Positions 1 through 11,600 of a stretch of 64,000 nucleotides of DNA are shown piece by piece. The position numbers were made by a program, and so were the translations under genes. Numbering within the stretch: the stretch's first letter is position 1; every line of letters starts with the position of its first letter. Source of the DNA: Lingula anatina (taxonomy: Eukaryota; Animalia; Brachiopoda); assembly GCA_051362555.1 (NCBI GenBank), contig CM120640.1, forward strand, positions 36,165,967 to 36,229,966, written 5' to 3'. Under the pieces are notes generated by a model. That model searched no databases. It was not told the DNA's origin and was given only the letters and a program-made list of their open reading frames with translations.

Positions 1-314
1 ATCCTGCTAGTACAATAACTTCAGTTCTGAACACAGCCTTAGTGTGCAGTTCCAGCTACAATTGTTAGCTGTACTCACTATAGCAGAAACTTTATCATTT
101 AGCCTAATCAAAACTTCTCTGTTATAATTTGAACTTTTCTTATCATTATCTGTAGCAAATCGTCATTTATGGTTATAGTTATAGTTCATGATTCAGCGTC
201 AGTTGTGTATAAACTAATCCGAGAAAAAAAAATAATACTACAGATAGAATCAACAAGAAAAATAATTGGTTTCATTGTACATCTGATATTTATCATTTTG
301 GACCTGTATTTCAG

Positions 315-3300
315 ATATATTTGCCAACAGGAGGTTATGTATATGCCAGGTCATATTATTACATAGATGACTATTACATGAATATCCACATACACCCAGG
401 ATCTAGGGATGTAGAATCTACTGTGGGACTCTGTGGAACTCTAAATGGAATCAAAAATGATGATTTTCTACGACCTGATGGTACAGTAGACTCTATCTCA
501 AGGCACCCCAATGAATTCTCACTTTCATGGAGGTGAGGCATGTTTCACACTTTGGCGAGCAAAATCAGTAAACCCAGGGTATTCTAGCTATTACATATGT
601 ATCAACAATATAACAGACTTGTCTTCATTGAACAAACAGCTTTTAAGCCTTACTTAGTTTTATTCATATGACCTCATTGCTGCTAGAGGTGTGTCATTTA
701 GTTAATGTGATTGCATTCAGGGAATCAGTCTTAGTTGAATGATCATTACATTGGGAAGAACTAGCACTCTCAACTCACTCCTAACACACTGTATCTTGCT
801 TTAAAGCAAAGCAGCTGTGAAGGATTACGGTACATAATTACAAGATGTTCTTTATCATATAAGGCCAAAACTATTCCTTAAACTATTCCTTGTTATAAAC
901 ATGGTACTTGTGGTATGTTATGTTATGAAAGACGATATTTGTCACAATTTCTTATAAGTTATTTATCATTATGCTAAAATTTTTCTTTTATAATTATTAT
1001 CTATGATCAATGAATAAATAGATATGTATTTCAAAAAATCTCAAAATTTCAGAGTGTCAAATGCCTCGGATTCAATGTATAATGGCATCCCAGCATCTGC
1101 CAATGTGGCTTCCATTCAAGGAGAGTATTGCAGATGCCCCAACATGGGTGACCAGATTGTGTTTAACAGTACCCTTCCTGTGGATTGTAGCTACACCGAG
1201 AATGTGGCAAAGTGTGCTTCAGACAACAGTTACTCAGAGAAACAACTAGCAAAATGTCGAAGAAGAAGGGCAGCTGCTGGTCATGATGAAATATTCGAGA
1301 TACGTAAATTTGAATATAACCCAGATGACAGATTAGAGGTGAGATGCTTTTTAACATTAATAACATAATGAGTGAAAACACAGTTTTTGAGCTGAAAATT
1401 TGCCATTGTTGTATTCAAGCTACATTGCAAATAAAGTTGACAAAACTGCAATACTGCTTCCAAAAATATATTGTAGGCATATCAATAAGTTATACGTTTT
1501 AACCATCATGTTATGTTACAAAAGTATCAAAAGGTAGAAATAAAGATTTTTGGATGGATATTTTGAAACATAAACAAGATGGCCACCTATGCATCTGCTT
1601 GAAATTTGTTAACATACATGTACTGAGTAGTCCTTTCCATGGCCACAAGTTTATAAATGCTTATTAGGATATAAAGACTTTTATCTTATACTAGTACTAC
1701 TAGCATGAGCATTTGTAATGAAGTTGAAATATTTTTCTTGAAATTTTTATCTCCTGACTCCACTTCAGGAGATTGGTGAGAAACTGAATACTTAATAGGG
1801 AGACCTTAATGGCATATCAGTTCAAATTTACACATTTACACATAACAATGAATTTAAAAGTTCTTGCCTGTTTCTGAGAACCTTATCCAACATCATATAC
1901 TTTTCACTCTGCTCTTCTCGCGTTTTAATATATTTTAAACGCATTTTAATTTGCAACCTCAAGTCACGCAAGTGAACACACATCATCTCTCATTGTTTAC
2001 TGCACTCTATTCATTCTGACCAATAAGAGAGCTGGAAATGAGCCCCACCTCCAAGTGTGTACATTTCTTCAGAAATGATTCCTTGGTTCTAGTTAAATTA
2101 ATTGTAAGTGAATGGCAATATCTTTATAACTTAGGCACCAACATGGCAGAATGGTTGGTCAGAAGTGAAGGCGGAGGCGTTCTGCAGTAATTATATATAT
2201 AACAGCAGTGCTGGGAAAGCCTGTCAGGCAGTCGAGAGTGTGGATTACGAAGTTGCTCTCCGAGGATGCAAGGATGACATACATGTAGGTATTTATGTTC
2301 AGGGGAGTCCAACTGCATGTTTACACCACACAGGCACATCTTTCAATTACTTTCTGTCTTATGAAAGAGATTTATGGTCTCTGGAAAAGATGATTATACT
2401 TAGAGACTTTTATTTACTTTCTACCTTGATGTTAACTGTATTACAGTCCTGTAATAATGTTTACTATACTTGCATCTTTTTGTCTCATATGTTGCTGTGG
2501 GTATCAAATTGTACCCTGTATCTCCACCACCCCTCACCCCCTGTATAAGGGCTGGGGCAGGTCCCAGAAATATTATCATCAGCTTATCAGATGATGTCGA
2601 CGTGCATCACAATTCAAAAGATATTCCCAGTCACAGTTAATTCCCTACATATAGTTAACAGGAGGCACTGCCTGGGCCCTTGCAGCACTGGATCCTATCA
2701 AGGGAATGTGTGTTGGAGAATTGGCCAAAAATGAGAGCTACTGGGTAGTTGACAACTCTACAGGAGAGGTTGCACTTCCTGCAGAGTTAGATGTCATCAA
2801 GTGCCCTAATGATTGCAGCTACAATGGAGAATGTATTAATAATAATGGTAAGATATATAATACATAATATTTGTTCATTCATTATTTTTGTAATCGTGGA
2901 TGGTGTGCTAGGAGTGGGGTTGAGTTAGGTGTATGGTGGTCGGATCAACCTGGCTCTAAATAGCTATAGGGTTGCAGGTTACTACTACAATGTATATGCA
3001 CCCCCTCTAGGGGAGTATAATGTATAATCATAATGAGACTTGTTTGCAAGTACTCTGTGCAGATAAGACTGATGTGATAACAATGGACTCTCCATAAAAC
3101 ACCATTTGTCTGGCACACCAAAACTTTATATTTGTGTGAAAGTGATGTTGGAGGAATAAGGTATTCATTCTCAATATTCTTTAAAATCTAAATATGTCTG
3201 AAGTAATATGTTTTTTTTTTAATTTCTCTTCTAGATAGTACCAGTAGTATATTTTTATGGAACTTTTAAATTTCATCAATTATGTTACTTGAAACATGTT

Positions 3301-5578
3301 TTTGTCATTAAGATCATTTTGGAATGGTAGTTTGCATGATCATATGCCAGACTGCAGATATTTTCACTCATTTTAGGTACCAGTAGCTGTCAATGCTACC
3401 CAGGGTTTGTGTCAAGTGATTGTTCTATCAGCAGGGATACTATTCCTGGCTTATTTTATATGCCAACAAATGGGCTTTGTGACATTTCTCAGCGTCCATG
3501 TCTTGAAACTCCAGTTTATGGAGGCCCATTTGTACAGTCATCCAACCTGTCTTGTAAAACGGAACATTTCACGGTAAGTTGGATTGATTGCAAGTTGCAA
3601 TATTTTTACATCTAATAAAGAAAATCTTTGAAAATATCAACTATTTAAGGTGCTTAGATAATTGCATGGTGTAACAATATTCTCAGAAATCTTTTACAGT
3701 TTTTCAACTTTTTCACTAGGCATCTGGTGTGATAACTGAATATAATGAAGCAGAGTTTGTACATGAAGAAGAGGTGATCTGCCCATTTCCAAAATTGCGT
3801 CAGAAGAGGAGTGATATCCGTAGTGAGGAAGTGATAAAGATTTACAATATCAGCATCAGTAATGATGGTACCAACTACAGTCATCCTCTGAAAGTGGCTG
3901 TGTATGACTCTAAATGCTACAAATGTGATGGGCCATCACAATGCCAATTAAAGGTAACAGGATATATTTTTACTAAAAAAACAAACAAACAAACTACTTT
4001 TGAATAAAGTATATGGTTTTTTGTTCTCTTAATGAAAATAGTATGTTTAAGACCGCATTCTCAACGAATTGAGCCAGGCTTTTCGGCTCCGTTCGCCATG
4101 CGGAAGCTACCTGAGAAATATTAAGTGCGCATGCTCATCAGTTAAACTCGTGGTGAAGAAAGCATGGCGGCTGAAGGCGATCGAAAGAAAAAAGCTCTTC
4201 TGTTCTATTATCTTTCAAAACAGAGACGAAAAAGGAATGAATTGTCCCGTAGAGCAGCAATGAATCGACTATCTACAGAGATAATATTACCAGAGATATT
4301 CATGGAGATATTCATGTTCGGAGCCGAGATTTAATTACTGTACCCCGCAGGGACGACGTGAGAGGCGGAGAGACTATTAAAAGATTAGGCGGTTTTTCTT
4401 TCATGTATGTCCGCCATTTTTAGTTCTCAGGATTTGTAAAGCCTGGCTCAATTCATTGAGAATGCTGCCTAAGTAATGAAAAGATTGATTTCAGGATATA
4501 GTATACTGAAGAAATATAGTACATCATTCCAACTGTAAATAATGTCTTTTCAGAACCTTATAAATATATATCTGCAGCCATATGTGTCTGCTAAGCGTAA
4601 TGCTATGAACATATTAAGTTCTCCAAAATTAGTTGTACCGACATGTATATGATTGTTTTCAGAATGGAACTTGCAGCATAAATGGTAAATGCTTTAATAA
4701 GGAGGAACAAAACCCCAGTGATGCCTGCCAAATCTGTAATCCTAATGTTACTACTAGTGATTGGTATCTTCAGGTATGTAACCCTTTTCAGACAGCAACT
4801 GCAGTAGGTCACTGGCAAGTAAAGGCCCATAGTTGGTCCCATTGACTAGCACATTATTTTTTTTTAGAAAAGTCGTCTTAACAGTGAATTGTCATCAGAC
4901 AAATTGTTTGGAGTAAAATGAATTTGCTGTAATTTGAAAATACTGCATCTTTTTCAAAAACCATGTTTTCATTTTTTTGTACTAGTATGTGACAACCACA
5001 TTAAAATTTCCCCAATATTAAGGTATTGTACATTTTCTTACCTGTGCGGAAAGTCCTGGCATTAATTTTTTAAGCAAAGTCATCTAAACTTGTCACCAGA
5101 CACATTGTTTTAGATCCATGGTGATGAGAAGATCATGTTTGAAATTAATTTGCTTTTGATACTACTTGTGCCTAAATATATTGCATCTTTTATACATAGT
5201 CCATGTTTTAAAATTTGCACTGGTATATGTAACAATCACTTTAAAATTTCCTCAGCTTTAATTTATCTGTGCAATTAGTCCATGCATAATTCAAGTCTTA
5301 AATAAACAGATATTGATCTTGCAATAAAACCACAAATTGACTATTTATTTTGGATACCAGGTAGTCAAGCTGACACTTTTACCACATATACATGTACCAC
5401 CATTAGCTGGTACCTTAGAGTGTATATTGTACCACCAGCTGGTACAATTGGATTTACAGGTATATAACACCAGCAACTTGTACCTTTATGTTGGGCTGGT
5501 GTGATACAGGTACAGCAAAATACAGAGAATAAATACAAGCAGTAGTATTAAGTGACAGCAGCATTGCCGTTTCAGCAG

Positions 5579-5651
<73 letters not shown>

Positions 5652-8600
5652 CGCTCCTTTTTTCAGCCCAGTACCTGCACCATTGACAACCAGTGTTACA
5701 CAGATGGTCAAGAAAGGACAGGGTCTTTTTGCCATGTTTGTTCTTCAGATAAGAACAGAAATTCTTGGGATATTAAGGTAATTTTTATGATTTAATATGA
5801 TTCATGTATAATGAAGTGTTTTCCCAAACAAGCCATTTTATTTCATTAAACTGTTCATTTGCCCAAAAAATGAATTTTCTTGGGGTAAACGGCAATTTCC
5901 AATACTTACCAATAGTTAATGAATCCATTTTTACATTCAAAGTTGGTCGGATCCCTGTTTTTTTTTCTAAAAAAGTTTTTTTGTAATAATCTCTTCAGAG
6001 ATTATTATAGAGTATAGCCATCTATGTTAGTCATGTGGTCCGATGTCAAGCACATACATCAGATTTATTGCTACAACTGCTGTTTTTGTGGTAAAAAAGA
6101 ATATATTATATTTCTATGAGTTGCTTACAATGTATTTATTGTGAAATACAGATCTCATATGAAGAGTTGTTTTCCCTTAAACTGGTTTAGCTCAGTGTTT
6201 TGTGAACACTTCTGTTTTATATTGCATTATAGAATGGAACATGCAGGATTGAAGAAATGTGTTATAAGGAAAATGACACAAATCCTGGTGACCCATGCCA
6301 GATTTGCATCCCATCATGGAACAAAACTGCTTGGTATACACAGGTAAATTAGCTTGTAGCACTAAACAAAAATCATGAGCAGCAATTTTGAATTAATTTG
6401 TGATGTAGGCTACAATAATCGACTTACTGTCTTAAGTGGAACAATGTGCCCAGCTGGAACATACAATTAGCACCAAAAATGGGTGATTTTTGTAAGACTT
6501 ATTCGGGGGATCAAGAAGGGGTTCATTTACTGATATATGAATTATGTACTGGCGGATAGGTTATCTAGAATGTATGTTTGCCACCTCCTTGTGATGCCTA
6601 CCTGCAATATTTGAAAAATTTTATTCTATGTCATGCTGTAACTGGCATCCGCATAATTTTTTCTTCAGTTTTGGGAATTGAAATGGGCTCAGAATGGGTC
6701 CATCAATTTTTATCTCTGCAATCTGTACATGCTGTAAACCTGGTACTGTGTCTGAATAAACTGTTAACCTTGTTATATCAAGTTATAATTATTGTTATAT
6801 ATAAGACCACGCTGTTATGAGAAAATATGTTGTTTCAGAACAGAGCATGTAGAATAAATGGGACATGTTATCACGAGGGAGATGCACAGGAAGGAAAGTC
6901 ATGTAAAGTTTGCAATCCAGCTGTCAACATCACAGATTGGGTGCTTCTGGTGAGTTAATTGATTAATTAGTGAATTTAATAAATGTTGATACTGGATGTT
7001 TATTTGATATTAAAAGTTCTTCAACAGTGTGAAAACATGATAAACATATGTCAAGTTAATCTTAGGACTAAATGAGGAAGAATGTTTTTTCTTTTTTTCA
7101 GAATGAAACATGCTTTGTGAACCATACTTGCTATAACAGTAGTGACAGAAATCCTACAGAACCCTGTCAGTTGTGTGACCCTAAGTTCAGCACAGAGACA
7201 TGGTTTGAGTTGGTGAGAAACCCATTATAACAACTTTTGTTGAAAAAAGACAAATGTTTCTGAAGAGACTTCACATGTTGTTTTTACCTATGTAACATGG
7301 TGTTCTCTTAAAGAACTAAGAAAAATGTAATAGCCAGATTTCTCTCACACTGAATTACCCAGTACTTTTGAGTATAAAAATAGTAATATTTCTGTCTCCA
7401 GAATGGCACCTGCAGTATAAATGGTTCATGCTACAATGAAACCCAGCAGAATCCAGCAAGACCATGCCAGATTTGTGATCCAGGTGTTTCAGAGACAAAT
7501 TGGACAGATCTGGTGAGAAATTCTTTCATTCAGAGTATATGTCTAGTATGGCAGTTTTGGATAATTTGATGTCTAGTTTGATGAAACTGTACTGTATTAT
7601 GATAAACATTTTCTGTGGATAATAACAAATGAAAGATGCAAAATTTCCCAGATATTTCCTAATAAATTATATTTGAAAGTAAGCCCTGCTGAAAGCTATG
7701 TTTTTTTTTTTCAGAGTGGACATTGTGAAATTGAGGGGAGCTGTATTAGCAGCCAAGAATCAAGAAGAGGTCATGTGTGTCACATTTGTTCTCCCAGCAC
7801 TTCTAAAACCTCTTGGACAATCAAGGTACAAGCCACATTGTGATATCATTAAATGACAAATGGGAAGAATTTGTTGGACACAAAGACATTTCCTGTATCT
7901 GCCAAGTTTGCATATTTGTGGGTAAAATTGCTTGAATTGGGTAGAAAACGTTTGGGTCAAAGGAAACCTGAATATCTCTATCCAGAATGGCAAGAGACAT
8001 TTTCTGATATTAGTCAATAACTGCACAGAGTCAGAGAAATTGACTGTCCGTGGGGGAATTATATTTGCCTATCTCTGATAGATTTCCTGACTAACAATGG
8101 ATAGGTCATATGTGAGCAATATGGAGAAACAGTAATTCTAAAAAGTAGCAATATGATGGGCACCAAAAATGGGGGGGGGGGGGGGGGGGGGGCAAAAAAA
8201 AAAATAAATAAAATGAATACAATTAAAAAAGAAAAAAAAGACATGGAGAAGATCTGTCGAGAAAAAGATACAACAACAAGGCTGGACCTGGGTACAATTT
8301 GAGGTCTATGTAGCAAACCTCTGGCGAGCTCTGGTAGATGCCCATGCCTGCGGAAAAATGTTAGTGAATGTGAATGTGCTCAGTGATCACTGTCCAGTGT
8401 TCCTGGGTGTAAAGAAAAATACAATATCTATTTCCAGAATGGTACCTGCAGTATAAATGGCTCGTGCTACAATGAAACCCAGCAGAATCCAGCAAGGCCA
8501 TGCCAGATTTGTGATCCTGTAGTGTCAATCACACAGTGGACAGATCTGGTGAGAATATCTCATTCAGAAAAATTGATGCAAAATCATACAGCATTACTAT

Positions 8601-11600
8601 GGCTGAATATTAAAAAGATAAGTTGGATCAGAATCGAAATTATATGCATTTGGTCATATAGTCATGTATAGTTGTCTGTGATTCATTTTTATTATCAGGG
8701 GAAAACTAGATGATATGACATAATAAAAAGGTAATTTAAATTTTTAAGGTGTATTTTCATAATGGCTCCTGTTTTCTTTTCAGAATGAAACTTGTGAACT
8801 TGATGGGAAATGCCTTGGCAACCTTGAATCAAGAGATGGTCATGTGTGTCACATTTGTTCTCCCAGCACCTCTAGGACCTCTTGGACATTCAAGGTACTA
8901 TGGGTTTATATATTGTGATATCAGTTAATATCACAAACATTGTAGAATGGAATAAATTTATTGTCCATGAATTGTCTTTTCATATCATGTGTTTAAATTA
9001 ACCAATATTCTCAAATAAAAGTAAGGCATAATAAAATTTCTGTCTCCAGAATGGCACCTGCAGTATAAATGGTTCATGCTACAATGAAACCCAGCAGAAT
9101 CCAGCAAGGCTGTGCCAGATTTGTGATCCCAGCATTTCACAGACACTGTGGACAATTTTGGTATAGATGCATGTAGTTTCATTATGTCAAGTGAAGCATT
9201 ATACTGGTATATCTGTATATCATGATTGTCTTTAGTTTGTAACATTGAGAAGTTTTGCACATGTATTTAATGGAGATAAATGAATTGCAAATGCAGTTTG
9301 TTTTTACATGACATATTTTACCATATATACTAAAACAAAACATCACTCAAATTTTTTCAGAAAAACACAAACCTCTTGGACAATCGAGGTACATGACATG
9401 CTGTCTATGAATTGTCTTTTCATAATTGATATTAAAAATTAATTAATAAGGGTTACTTAAATAGTGTAATTTCTGTTTCCAGAATGGCACCTGTAGTATA
9501 AATGGTTCATGTTACAATGAAACCCAGCAGAATCCAGCATGGCCATGCCAGATTTGTGATCCTGGAGTGTCAAATACACAGTGGACAGATCTGGTGAGAA
9601 GTTATTTTATTTAGAAAGCAATTATTTTACGTAGTTGTGTAGTATGGCAGTTTTGGAAAATATGATGTCTAGTTTGATGAAACTACTATATTATGGCAAG
9701 AATGTTTTCTGAAAAAATGATATGTTTGTAAATTTTTTTCAGAGTGAAAATTGTGAAATTGAGGGGATCTGTATTGGCAACCTAGAATCAAGAAGAGGTC
9801 ATGTGTGTCACGTTTGTTCCTCCAGCAATTCTAGAACCGCTTGGACAATCAAGGTACAAGCCACATTCTGATGTAATTGAATAATAAATAAGATTTTTAG
9901 ACATGAAGTCATTTTCTTTATCTGCCAAGTTTGCATATTTTTGGTAAAAAAATCTGCTATATGTGTCCAGAATGGGAAGGTACTATGATACTTTCTTTTA
10001 TCAGTTAATATTTCACAGAGTTAGAGAAATTGATTGTCCATAAAATAATAAAATTTGTCTATCTCTGTCCAGTGAACAAATTGGGTTTAAAGGAAATATA
10101 ATTTCTGTTTCCAGAATGGCACCTGCAGAATAAATGGTTCATGTTACAATGAAACCCAGCAGAATCCAGCAAGGCCATGCCAGATATGTGATCCCAGAGT
10201 GTCAAATACACAGTGGACAGATCTGGTTAGAAGTTATTCCATTTAGAAAAAACATATTTTACTTGAGTAATAGGGCAGTTTTAAAAAATATTATATCTAG
10301 TTTGGTGAAACTATTGTATTCTTGCAAGAATCTTTTATGAATAATGATATGCTTGTATATTTTTTTCAGAATGAAAATTGTGAAATTGAAGGGATCTGTA
10401 TTGGCAACCTAGAATCAAGAAGAGGTCATGTGTGTCATGTTTGTTCCTCCAGCAATTCTAGAACTGCTTGGACAATCAAGGTACAAGCCACAGTCTGATG
10501 TAATTGAATTATAAATGAGTAAGATTTTTACCTCTGCCAAGGATGTTATGTTTTCACCCCTGTTTGTTTGTTTGTCTGTCATCAACATAACTCAAAAAGT
10601 TATGGACCGATTTTGATGAAATTTTCAGGAACTGTCAGAAGTTTTTGGTGGTGATCTGGATCAATAATCAATCAATAATTAATAATAATAATAAATTGCT
10701 GCCTTGGCGGAGGTCTGCGCTCTCCGGGTGCTTTTCTAGTTTGGACATGAAAGTCATTTTCTTTATCTGACAAATTTGCATATTTTTTGGTTAAAAAAAT
10801 CTGTTACCTGTATCCAGAATGGAGGGGTACTGTGATGCTTTCCGTTATCAGTTAATTATTTCAAAAAGTAAGAGAAATTGATTGCCCATAAAATAATAAA
10901 ATTTGCCTGTCCAGTGAACATATTTAATTATTTAGTGTTGTTGGGTTGAAATAAAATACAATTTCTATTTCCAGAATGGCACCTGCAGAATAAATGGTTC
11001 ATGTTACAATGAAACCCAGCAGAATCCAGCAAGGCCATGCCAGATATGTGATCCCAATGTGTGGAACACAGAGTGGACAGATCTGGTGAGAATATCACAT
11101 GTAGCATTGAGCATTACTGTGGCATCATATTGAAAAAATAAAGGAAAGAAAAACTTACTGCATGTATTTGGTAAAATTATCAGAGATGATTGTAAATGTT
11201 GTTGTATTTTCCTTCATAATTAAACTTGTGAACTTGACAGGAAAGACAAGAAATATGATATAAAGACAAGCAATAAAAAGTTTAGTTTACATTGTCTAAT
11301 TTAGCACTTTTTGATTTTATAAGGTGCAATTTGGAAAAAAAAGAATTCTTCTGCCAAACAGCTGGAGTCTGCACTGAAAAACTGCACATTAAAGAATTTT
11401 TTGAGTTAATTTCTCTAATATTTATTTGACATTTAAATGATTCTGTGTATTCTGCCTTTAAGATAAATGATTGTAAACGATTCTCTTTTTTCAGAATGAA
11501 ACTTGTGAACTTGATGGGAAATGCCTTGGCAACCTTGAATCAAGAGATGGTCACGTGTGTCACATTTGTTCTCCCAGCACCTCTAGAACCTCTTGGACAA

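Noticed and set aside
5045-5060. GGAAAGTCC resembling the RNase P/MRP conserved region
   Set aside because: It lies in a degenerate AT-rich local duplication (~4960-5070 versus ~5200-5290) with no partner motif.
7981-7995. TCCAGAATGG as the start of an additional repeat exon (also ~9966 and ~10813)
   Set aside because: The following sequence does not encode the Cys pattern; it is duplicated intron sequence.
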